From contig JAVZCV010000004.1 in assembly GCA_038874215.1 (NCBI GenBank), forward strand, positions 1 through 36,527: DNA of 36,527 bases, in the 5' to 3' direction. Shown piece after piece: positions 16,812 to 24,797 of the stretch; within the stretch, counting starts at the first letter, position 1, and every line of letters starts with the position of its first letter. Below the pieces are notes generated by a model, which did not search any database, was not told the origin of the DNA, and worked only from the letters and a program-made list of their open reading frames with translations. The stretch is from Candidatus Micrarchaeia archaeon (lineage in GTDB: Archaea; Micrarchaeota; Micrarchaeia; Burarchaeales; JAVZCV01). The translations under genes and the position numbers were made by a program.

Positions 16812-19509
16812 CCCCCTCGTCTGCCTTCTTCTTTATTACGTTAAGAATAAGCCACCAGATAACCATTTCATGCGTGTCTTCAACCTCGTCAAGTATATCC
16901 TCTGCGTCGGGCGTCCAAGTCCTCGTATCAAAAAGCTCTATGTACTTAGCGCAGAGTTCTCTTTCGTTTATTCCAAATGCCTCCATGCTAATTCCTTCAC
17001 CCGTGTTAATGCTGTTTAACATCTGCAACAAGAGTTTTAATGGCAGGGATAACTGGCCCACATATTGCTTTGCTTCTTCAACTATCGCACTGTCTATCTC
17101 GTTTCCTGTTATGTATGTGGATGCAACAAGCATTATTCCGCATTCTTCCTGAATAATCCGGTTGTCCTTTGAAACTTGCGTGTAGTAAGCATCGGACAGG
17201 CATTCAATTGCGTTTTCCATCTGGCCGTTGAATAAGAAGAGGTAGGCTGCCTCCAACAGATCCTTTGCCCCATTATTGTAATCCTGCTTGTATATCCTTG
17301 CGAGACCCCTTACATTGTATGGTTTTGGGTTGTTAGGCTCCAGACTTATGGCCTTCGTTGCATCCTCTATCGCCAACTCATACTCCTCTATCGCAAGAAA
17401 TGAAAGCGCCCTATTGCTAAATGCTACTGCCGTCGGTTCCATCGCTATCGATTTATCAAGGTCCTTTATCGCAAGGTCGTACTCACCGTTCATTGTGTAT
17501 GCGAGGCCCCTCAGGGTATATGCCGCAACGTTAGGACCGAGTTCAAGCGACTTCGTGAAATCCTCAATCGCCCTATCATAATTGCCAGACTCAAAGAATG
17601 CAACACCCCTCGCATGGTAAAGGCTTATGTTCTGAGGCTCAAGGCCTATTGCCCTAGTGAAATCAAAAACCGCATCGTTATACTCGCCCGCCTCAAACCG
17701 TGCAACGCCCCGCATTGCATAGTACTGTGGGTTCTCCGGCTCTAATAAAAGAGCCCTCGTTAGATCGGCTATTGCACTCCGCCTTTCACCTACCGCCATA
17801 TATGCAAGCGCACGGTTGTAGAATGCTGTTGGCGTTTCCAGCTTTTCAAGAGATCTTGTAAAACTTTCTATCGCTTCTTCATACTGGTTTCTAATCAATG
17901 CCATCATGCCCACATTAGCTAACGCCTCTGCATTCTCTGGATCTAGCGAGAGTGCCATCCTATAGTCTTCCTGTGCTTTCTCGTAATCCAACTTCTTAAA
18001 ATACGCTGAGCCCCTATTCGTGTATGCTTCTATCGTTGGTTTAATCTCTATTGATATAGTGAGGTTCCTGATTGCCATGTCTAGCTCATCCATACGGAGG
18101 TATGCGAGCCCAAGCAATCCATACGATATTTCTGAGGGATCAATAGCGACCAATTTCCTGAAATCTGCTATGGCGGACATGTAGTCCCCCATGTTCATGA
18201 AGGCTATTCCCCTATTCGTGTAGGCAGGGATGTTTTCAACTACACCCAGAGAATCAGTAAATGCCCCAACAGCACTCTTATAGTCCTTCCTTGCTAGATA
18301 CACTAGACCCAGATTTACATAAGCCTTCCAGTTTCTGGCATCAAGCTCAATCGCCTTTTTGAAATCCTCCTCTGCTTTTTCAAACTCCGATCTTATGAAA
18401 TACAAAACACCTCTATTCGCATAAGCGCTTGAAGTCGGCTTCATGTTTATGGATTTTGTGAAATCAGAAAGCGCAGAAGCATGCTCGCCATTGCCCATAT
18501 ACGCAATTCCCCGCATGTTGAATAACATCGGTGATGGATCAATCTCAATGGCCTTCGTGAATATCCTTATTGCCTCCTCAAAATTCCTGCCAAGCTCCGC
18601 CACACCGAAATGGTAAAGAACCTGAATCGCAACATCGTCATCAAGCTTGAGCATGTAAACATGCTTATCGGGTAACTCAACAAAATCTATTTGTGCTTCG
18701 TGCACCTCATATTCATCACCAACATCGTATATCCACCCCTTTTCCTTTACGCTGAGAAGCGCTTCAGCACTGAAAGAGCCAAAAAGCGCCCAATTCATAA
18801 TCTCTATGAGTTTTGCGGAAAGAGCGCAGTGTCCATGTCTAAGATATTTTATTGTTCTGATGATGTTTGCCTCCGCCTCCGTTAACTTCTCAAACTCTAT
18901 CTTCCATATACCCTCGGCGTTTTTAGGCAATCGCAAAATAGCTTCGCGAGTTATCTCAGATTCCCTAAACATTACCATTACAGAGTACACAAAGAATGGA
19001 GTGGGATCTTTTTTTAGATGTTCAACCAGGGCTTCTTTTGCATCGTCCGCTATACTCACATTCATGGCATTTGCATAGTATTCTACAAATTGCTTTATCT
19101 GTCCTTCCGTCAGATCTTTTAGTTTTATGTTCTTGAACCCAGGTATCTCATATTCACAACTTACTATTACGGAAAGCTTCGGTACGACATTAGAGATGCG
19201 ATCAATAGCTTCTGAGAGAAGAACAGGATTGGCGTTATCCCAAATCAATACGAGGGGCTCTGGTCGTAATCGCTCCACGACTCTATCTAAAGTTTCATGG
19301 GTTATATCGTGGTATATCACAAGTTTTCTAAACTTTACATTTTCAACAAGCTTAAGAATACCCACTGTTTTTCCAGAACCTTTTCTGCCTACAACTGCTA
19401 CCTTATCCGACGGTTCAACCAAAAGTTCCTCTCTCTCAACATATGGTATCTGTAACTTTGCAATACCCTCTATCGTATCATCAGGATTGTAAAGGGCAAC
19501 GTCCTCCAT
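16801..19509 (-). CDS. P-loop NTPase (STAND-like) plus helical/wHTH region plus tetratricopeptide-repeat array
   Basis: N-terminal VAVVGRKGSGKT (Walker A) and LVLIWDNA (Walker B-like); roughly 13-14 TPR units (AY.NRG..Y....Y..A..DF.KAIEL.P) over about aa 295-760. Confidence 0.85.
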   Translation of the reverse strand: MEDVALYNPDDTIEGIAKLQIPYVEREELLVEPSDKVAVVGRKGSGKTVGILKLVENVKFRKLVIYHDITHETLDRVVERLRPEPLVLIWDNANPVLLSEAIDRISNVVPKLSVIVSCEYEIPGFKNIKLKDLTEGQIKQFVEYYANAMNVSIADDAKEALVEHLKKDPTPFFVYSVMVMFRESEITREAILRLPKNAEGIWKIEFEKLTEAEANIIRTIKYLRHGHCALSAKLIEIMNWALFGSFSAEALLSVKEKGWIYDVGDEYEVHEAQIDFVELPDKHVYMLKLDDDVAIQVLYHFGVAELGRNFEEAIRIFTKAIEIDPSPMLFNMRGIAYMGNGEHASALSDFTKSINMKPTSSAYANRGVLYFIRSEFEKAEEDFKKAIELDARNWKAYVNLGLVYLARKDYKSAVGAFTDSLGVVENIPAYTNRGIAFMNMGDYMSAIADFRKLVAIDPSEISYGLLGLAYLRMDELDMAIRNLTISIEIKPTIEAYTNRGSAYFKKLDYEKAQEDYRMALSLDPENAEALANVGMMALIRNQYEEAIESFTRSLEKLETPTAFYNRALAYMAVGERRSAIADLTRALLLEPENPQYYAMRGVARFEAGEYNDAVFDFTRAIGLEPQNISLYHARGVAFFESGNYDRAIEDFTKSLELGPNVAAYTLRGLAYTMNGEYDLAIKDLDKSIAMEPTAVAFSNRALSFLAIEEYELAIEDATKAISLEPNNPKPYNVRGLARIYKQDYNNGAKDLLEAAYLFLFNGQMENAIECLSDAYYTQVSKDNRIIQEECGIMLVASTYITGNEIDSAIVEEAKQYVGQLSLPLKLLLQMLNSINTGEGISMEAFGINERELCAKYIELFDTRTWTPDAEDILDEVEDTHEMVIWWLILNVIKKKADEGAIG

Positions 19510-19560
19510 GAAGTAGATAACAGGAATAAGATATATAAAACATGAATGGTAGCCAAAAAC

Positions 19561-20328
19561 CTACCGTATATAGCTAAGTTCGCTGTTCCTAAGCGTTTCT
19601 TCTATGAGGGTCTGTTGTCTCGCAACCTCTTTCTCCATGCGCTTCATGAATGTTTCTGTTTCCTTTGCTCTTTCTTCCAGCTTCGTCATGTCCAAGTCAA
19701 CCTTTAGTATCCTTAATAACACAGTAAGCACGGCCTTTGCCGCCTTAGCATCAACGTATCCTCCATGCGTCTCCCCCATCAAACATACCCCGCGCATTCC
19801 ACGAAGCTTCCCAAGACCAAGCAACAAGCCTGCAGCCCCCACTATAGCGCCGTTTGCCTCACCAAAAATAACGCCATACTGCTTCATCTTTTCAACAAGG
19901 CTTATGTGGGTAGCCGAGCCAAGAACTCGCGGTTCATCAACAATTCTGCCTACTCCATAGCCCCCAAGCGTGAATATCATTTTACCGCCAAGCTTCTCAT
20001 AGTAATCCAGAATTGAACCACATACAGAGAATTGTGCTTCGGGCGTTACTGCTTGTACATCTCCTACAAGTATAACAACATCCCTCCCATTTTTGTTCTT
20101 CCATACATAAAAGCTGTTTTTCAGCATTCTTATCCCGCCTTTTTTTAGCATGAGCACCTGGTGAGGAAAATGAGGAGAGTAGAGGTCGGCGATCTTCTCA
20201 GCTTTCAATTCCTTTATCATATAGTCCGCAGCAAGTTTTCCTACCAAGCCTATGCCTGGCAACCCTTCAACAAGAACAGGATTATTGAGCTGGGCACCTT
20301 TTTTCTCAACTATGATTGTTTTCTCCAT
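19561..20328 (-). CDS. Proteasome assembly chaperone family protein (PAC2, COG2047-like)
   Basis: VEGLPGIGLVGKLAAD, YSPHFP, GDVQ, TLGGY, IVGAAGLLLG, CLMGET; typical position downstream of nop10. Confidence 0.9.
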   Translation of the reverse strand: MEKTIIVEKKGAQLNNPVLVEGLPGIGLVGKLAADYMIKELKAEKIADLYSPHFPHQVLMLKKGGIRMLKNSFYVWKNKNGRDVVILVGDVQAVTPEAQFSVCGSILDYYEKLGGKMIFTLGGYGVGRIVDEPRVLGSATHISLVEKMKQYGVIFGEANGAIVGAAGLLLGLGKLRGMRGVCLMGETHGGYVDAKAAKAVLTVLLRILKVDLDMTKLEERAKETETFMKRMEKEVARQQTLIEETLRNSELSYIR

Positions 20329-20481
20329 TCAATCGCCACATAACAACTTACGACGATATCTCGCCCACTTGTCTTCAGGTGAAAACTTTGGGGGATGTGC
20401 GGTTCGTGTTTTTTTATCGCAACACTCCTCCTTCATCGTATATCTACTACAAACACAACATTTTTTCAACTTTCTTACCAT
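20329..20481 (-). CDS. nop10: H/ACA RNP protein Nop10
   Basis: Not in the ORF track; 50 aa MVRKLKKCCVCSRYTMKEECCDKKTRTAHPPKFSPEDKWARYRRKLLCGD with the HPPKFSPEDK signature. Confidence 0.93.
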   Translation of the reverse strand: MVRKLKKCCVCSRYTMKEECCDKKTRTAHPPKFSPEDKWARYRRKLLCGD

Positions 20482-20492
20482 CTAAACACGCG

Positions 20493-21266
20493 TTAAACCT
20501 TTTCATTCATTAAGCCAACATACCCCTCATTATTTTTTATTACTTGTCCAAGCCACTCAAATCTTTCCATAAAGGCACGCTCTGCGCTCCTATAATCTGG
20601 GGCGATAACAGTAACCATATACTTGGGCGCACCCAAATATTCCACTTCTATCTTCCCCTCCGAGCCGTATACGAATTGCTGCAGAGCATTCTTTATAATT
20701 TCAGCACCATTTTCAAGCGGGCATTTTATTGTTATTGTCTTGCTTATTTTCGCAACAGGCTTCTTTATGTTCTTGCTTACTGCCTCAACTATCTCTTTAA
20801 CAATCCTTTTGTCAAGTTTAACGCCAGAAAGGACATCTTCGCCTTTCTCAGAAATTTCCTCAAAAAGTGCGTACATGCCACCATATTTACTAGCAACAGC
20901 CGTGAGCGCGTTCCTAACCTCATTTACGTTAAAGCCAGCATTCTTACACGCTATCTCAAGCAATTTGTTCGCTCTTTTCTCTTTCCTATGCATGTCAAGT
21001 TTGTTTCTTCTATCCTGTTCAGTAACTCTCTTAAGAGATATATCTACGAGTCTTTTTTCAGGCACATACCTTTGTACCTGCGCAACTATCCTCTGTTTTT
21101 CCTTAAGGAACTCATGAATATTCTTTATCCATCGTGGTGCAACTTCAGATATGTGAAGGAATGCTTCCATCCCATTGTACTCGTCCAATGTACACACTGC
21201 ACCGTAAGGGAAGATCCTCTTAATCGTTGCTATTACAAACTCCCCAACTTCTGGTTCTTCTTTCAT
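20493..21266 (-). CDS. eif2a: Translation initiation factor 2 subunit alpha (aIF2alpha)
   Basis: S1 domain PEVGEFVIATI...LDEY...HISEVAPRWIKNI...DISLKRV; C-terminal YLGAPKY. Confidence 0.95.
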   Translation of the reverse strand: MKEEPEVGEFVIATIKRIFPYGAVCTLDEYNGMEAFLHISEVAPRWIKNIHEFLKEKQRIVAQVQRYVPEKRLVDISLKRVTEQDRRNKLDMHRKEKRANKLLEIACKNAGFNVNEVRNALTAVASKYGGMYALFEEISEKGEDVLSGVKLDKRIVKEIVEAVSKNIKKPVAKISKTITIKCPLENGAEIIKNALQQFVYGSEGKIEVEYLGAPKYMVTVIAPDYRSAERAFMERFEWLGQVIKNNEGYVGLMNEKV

Positions 21267-21275
21267 ATACCCATC

Positions 21276-21434
21276 TCAGAGCACGCGCGTTATCTTCTCA
21301 AGTACTTTCGCCCTGCCGCCCTGCGGCTCTGCAAGCACTTTGCTGCATACTATGCATTTTACGACAATGCTTGCATTCCCAAAAATATTCTGCTCATTAC
21401 CGCACGAGCATCTCACCCTAAGGAATCTACTCAT
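21276..21434 (-). CDS. rps27e: 30S ribosomal protein S27e
   Basis: Not in the ORF track; 52 aa MSRFLRVRCSCGNEQNIFGNASIVVKCIVCSKVLAEPQGGRAKV...; GGTGA RBS. Confidence 0.93.
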   Translation of the reverse strand: MSRFLRVRCSCGNEQNIFGNASIVVKCIVCSKVLAEPQGGRAKVLEKITRVL

Positions 21435-21442
21435 CCAATCAC

Positions 21443-21724
21443 CTACGTCTTAATCTCAAGCTTTTTTCTCGTCCTTGTTCCAATAGTCCTATCCTGTTTT
21501 TTGTTGCATACAGAACAAATGATGAGAATGCGCTGTTTCTTTCCCTGTTTTTTCACAGACTTCTCGCCAGCTACCTTCCCAGTGTAGCCCTTTATTTTCC
21601 TCTCATGCTTTCTATTCCCCACCGCCAATGTTCTGTTTCGCCCTTTAGACGGCATCCTAACCTTATGCTCTGTATACTTCTTACACTTTGGGCAGAATGC
21701 CCTAATCTTATTTGGGAACTTCAT
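21443..21724 (-). CDS. rpl44e: 50S ribosomal protein L44e
   Basis: MKFPNKIRAFCPKCKKYTEHKV...KGYTG...CSVC. Start trimmed to the ATG at 21724. Confidence 0.93.
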   Translation of the reverse strand: MKFPNKIRAFCPKCKKYTEHKVRMPSKGRNRTLAVGNRKHERKIKGYTGKVAGEKSVKKQGKKQRILIICSVCNKKQDRTIGTRTRKKLEIKT

Positions 21725-22265
21725 GTTCAGCACCACCGCGTTTTGCCAAAGCATTTTTTTTCATCAATACTTCCGCAACCCTCATCGGAACAGAAACATC
21801 CTCACCGCTTTTATACGGTCCGTATACCCTCCCATCAGGTCCAACAAACTGTGGTATATCTACCGTTGCAACGAATGCTTCCCTCCTGCCTTTACCTACC
21901 TCCTCATCCCGTTCTGGCAAAATCATCTTTTCAAGTGCTTCCTCATATTCCTCAATGATTCTAAGAACAGACTCATAAAGTTTGCTTTCATTTTTTAGCA
22001 TATTCTTTGTATCATCAACCTTTCTGCGTGAGCGAAGCGCAGCAAGGAGAATCTTTTGCTCTCTTGCGTAGTATATTCTCCGAATGATTTTTAAAGCGTT
22101 CTCATACTCCTTCGCCTTTTTAATAGAGAAACCCCCCTCAAGCTCTGTCTTCACTCTTTTGATAAATGCGGTTGCAGATTCAAAGAAGTCTTCTGGCAAC
22201 TCACTAAGCATCGGTTTTTTCTCGTTTTCCTCCACTCTCCTAAGTACCTCATAGTTAATCTCCAT
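21708..22265 (-). CDS. DNA replication GINS complex subunit (Gins51/GINS15 type)
   Basis: Helical A domain (LSELPEDFF...RIYYAREQKI) followed by B domain (DIPQFVGPDGRVYGPYKSGEDVSVP); located between priS and rpl44e. Confidence 0.85.
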   Translation of the reverse strand: MEINYEVLRRVEENEKKPMLSELPEDFFESATAFIKRVKTELEGGFSIKKAKEYENALKIIRRIYYAREQKILLAALRSRRKVDDTKNMLKNESKLYESVLRIIEEYEEALEKMILPERDEEVGKGRREAFVATVDIPQFVGPDGRVYGPYKSGEDVSVPMRVAEVLMKKNALAKRGGAEHEVPK

Positions 22266-22275
22266 AGAATCGCCA

Positions 22276-23448
22276 CTATTTCTCATTTGTTTTTAAAATG
22301 CTTGCCGTTCCCTTGCATATCAGATAGACAGCAGCATAAAGCGGCAAATCAGCCCGCACATTTTCATACGGACCGAACGTTTCACCGCCAAGAACGAATT
22401 CGGGAGTGCTTTCTACCACCAGGGAAACCTGTCTATTCCCAAAAGCCAAAGCATCCTTCATGGGGTCAAATCTTCCCAGCTCACCGAATTTTAATGACTT
22501 TGCAACTAAACCTGTATCGCCATGCAGGCTATCTGGTAGGCGGATGAGCTTCGTTACGTCTCTCGTAACGTTGCGGTCGACATCATCCCCAAGCCTCACG
22601 GACACATTCTCTATGAATTTCTTAAGCACTCTTGGCTGTTTTCTGTCCTCCAATCCTTCACCCTCCTTTATCCTATCCAACTCCTCCCACTTCCCGTTTT
22701 TTATCGCTCTTATAAGCGCCTCCTTTTTTCTATAATAGCCAACCGCTTCCCTATCAGAAATACCATACTCATGTAGTGTCTCTTTTTCCAATGCCTCAAT
22801 GAACTTCCTCGCTATTTTTCCCCTCCAGCCTCCTTCATCCGGCTTCGGTCCAATCCCAATATTAAACCTCCCTCCTTCCTTGATGGTAAACAATCCCTGG
22901 AACAACTCAATACCCACACCCGTCATATAATCCGATATCTCTCCCCTCTCAGCAGCCCCAAGCTGCCACACATTTTCTGAGCGAACATGAACATGGTATC
23001 CCCTGTTCCCAGAGAAGTTTAGTGCAATTTCATCGTGCGAGAAGCCAAAATCAGGAACGAGAAATTCCTCCACTAGCTTTATCGTTTCCTCTTTTACAGC
23101 ATCAAGGCATTTTTCACAAACCCATCCCGCAGGATGCGTTCCACACTTCACTATGTTATCAGCATCAAGGTCAAATACGAGGTCGGCGCCAAGCCATCTT
23201 TTATTTTCCATTGGCCTCGCCGTTGGGAAATCGTAGTAAGCAACCGAGTAGGATATGAAAAAAGGCGTATTCGTCCTAAGGTATGCGTTCAGTTCCTTAT
23301 CAGAAGTGAATGAAAGATGTCTTGCGTATATCTTTTTGTGCCACTCCCCTATACCCCACTCCCGCATTCCTATCCTCGATGGTGCTTGTATCCACCTAGT
23401 TGAATAATATTCCCTGAAATTTTTTCTCACGAACTCTTGGTTTTCCAT
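22276..23448 (-). CDS. priS: DNA primase catalytic (small) subunit
   Basis: REWG, YSVAYY, ADLVFDLDAD, FSGNRGYHVH, DRNVTRDVTKLIRLPDSLHGDTG. Start trimmed to the ATG at 23448. Confidence 0.95.
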   Translation of the reverse strand: MENQEFVRKNFREYYSTRWIQAPSRIGMREWGIGEWHKKIYARHLSFTSDKELNAYLRTNTPFFISYSVAYYDFPTARPMENKRWLGADLVFDLDADNIVKCGTHPAGWVCEKCLDAVKEETIKLVEEFLVPDFGFSHDEIALNFSGNRGYHVHVRSENVWQLGAAERGEISDYMTGVGIELFQGLFTIKEGGRFNIGIGPKPDEGGWRGKIARKFIEALEKETLHEYGISDREAVGYYRKKEALIRAIKNGKWEELDRIKEGEGLEDRKQPRVLKKFIENVSVRLGDDVDRNVTRDVTKLIRLPDSLHGDTGLVAKSLKFGELGRFDPMKDALAFGNRQVSLVVESTPEFVLGGETFGPYENVRADLPLYAAVYLICKGTASILKTNEK

Positions 23449-24377
23449 CTGTTTTCCCCATATAGCATAGGATTTTTCACACCACACTTAGCAACGCATA
23501 GCCCATACGAAGACATCGCAGAGCATGATGGCATGCGATAACCCCTCCTCTTTATATGTTCCAGTTGATACTTCGTTATCTTCTCTGAGAAATCGGGCGA
23601 CATCCGAAATAAATCCATTATTTTGTCCATGGGCAGACCAATACTATTCAGATAAACCGCAAGAGACCAGCGCGCTATGTGTGGGAGGTTCTCCCCCCTT
23701 TTCATTCTTTCAAGCAACCTCTCTATACATGGCGCAAATTTCGTAAAAGTTGCTGGTCTTTGTGTCCTAACGGGCTTTGCAATCAAGCCTCTAAGCTCGT
23801 TTGCATATCTTGTAGCGTTTTCTGGTATGCTTTTACTATCTATCGGAAGAGATTTCTCTATCTTCCTTCTAATAGCCTCTTCTAATATTCTTATGAACTT
23901 ATTACGGCTCAAAAGCACATTCCCAAACTTGAGCTCCTGATTCACGAGTTTATACTGCTTCTCTCTCGGCGAAAACCTTAGGTAATTATAAAAAGGGACC
24001 GCATATTTCTCTTCTTCTGAGAAAATCACCCCAACATCATCAGCTACTCTCTTTATATTCCAAGAATCCTCACTATCAAGATAGCGTTTAGCACGCTTCG
24101 CCTCCGCTACCGCATATCGCGATATGGCATATTCGCTTCCAAGAGCAGATATGAGCATTCTCGCAGCAGCATATGATACAAGTTCATCGATTGCATTTAT
24201 ACCGATTTTTTTAACCCCAAACTCCTCAGGCTTCATGTTCAAAGCAAGCTTTACACGTTCATAACCAAGCACGACCGCCTTCTCATCCAAAGGAGGGCTT
24301 GCTTTCGCTAAATACTCCTTTGCAACCGTTGTAAACGGATATCTTGAAAAAAATTCTTCTTCGCCTGTATGCATCAT
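23427..24377 (-). CDS. priL: DNA primase large subunit
   Basis: YPF, AVAEAKR, YKLVNQELKFGNV, APCI...GENLPHIARW, PDFSEKITKYQLEHI, PSC...CVAKC..KNP (Fe-S cysteines). Confidence 0.92.
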   Translation of the reverse strand: MMHTGEEEFFSRYPFTTVAKEYLAKASPPLDEKAVVLGYERVKLALNMKPEEFGVKKIGINAIDELVSYAAARMLISALGSEYAISRYAVAEAKRAKRYLDSEDSWNIKRVADDVGVIFSEEEKYAVPFYNYLRFSPREKQYKLVNQELKFGNVLLSRNKFIRILEEAIRRKIEKSLPIDSKSIPENATRYANELRGLIAKPVRTQRPATFTKFAPCIERLLERMKRGENLPHIARWSLAVYLNSIGLPMDKIMDLFRMSPDFSEKITKYQLEHIKRRGYRMPSCSAMSSYGLCVAKCGVKNPMLYGENRWKTKSS

Positions 24378-24455
24378 GAATCCATGCGTTCTAAATTTTA
24401 ATAAACTACATCTCTATCCAAAGTTATATATATTTTCATTTAAACCGTTAGATAG

Positions 24456-24797
24456 ATGGACCGCAGTCTCGCACGATTATTTATCCTTTCTGTACTCGCT
24501 ACTTTAGCGATAGCATTAGCGAATCCGTACGGAATACGAGAAGAACCATCTACTCTCCTTATGCTCTTTACAATGCCTTTCTTAGGTTTTCTTTTCACCA
24601 CACTATGGAAAAACAAAAAGAATGCGGCACTCGGCGTTTTTATTTCTGTCTCTATCGGAATTTTCGTTGTGGTCTCAACAGTCCGAACTTTTGAAGTGGT
24701 ATTTGGCAGCGTCTTATACCTCATAGCACTCATGTTCTTCCTAGTTCCCATAGAAAAACTGGTGTTTGGTGATACCCTTGAGCTACAGAATGCATGA
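24456..24797 (+). CDS. Hypothetical membrane protein (about 4 TM helices)
   Basis: Four hydrophobic segments; TTATATAT about 24 nt upstream; overlaps the ileS start. Confidence 0.7.
   Translation: MDRSLARLFILSVLATLAIALANPYGIREEPSTLLMLFTMPFLGFLFTTLWKNKKNAALGVFISVSIGIFVVVSTVRTFEVVFGSVLYLIALMFFLVPIEKLVFGDTLELQNA

Noticed and set aside
20544-21587. 347-aa plus-strand ORF
   Set aside because: Antisense to aIF2alpha, rps27e and rpl44e, with Phe/Tyr/Leu-rich shadow composition. The many other short antisense ORFs in the track were rejected on the same grounds.
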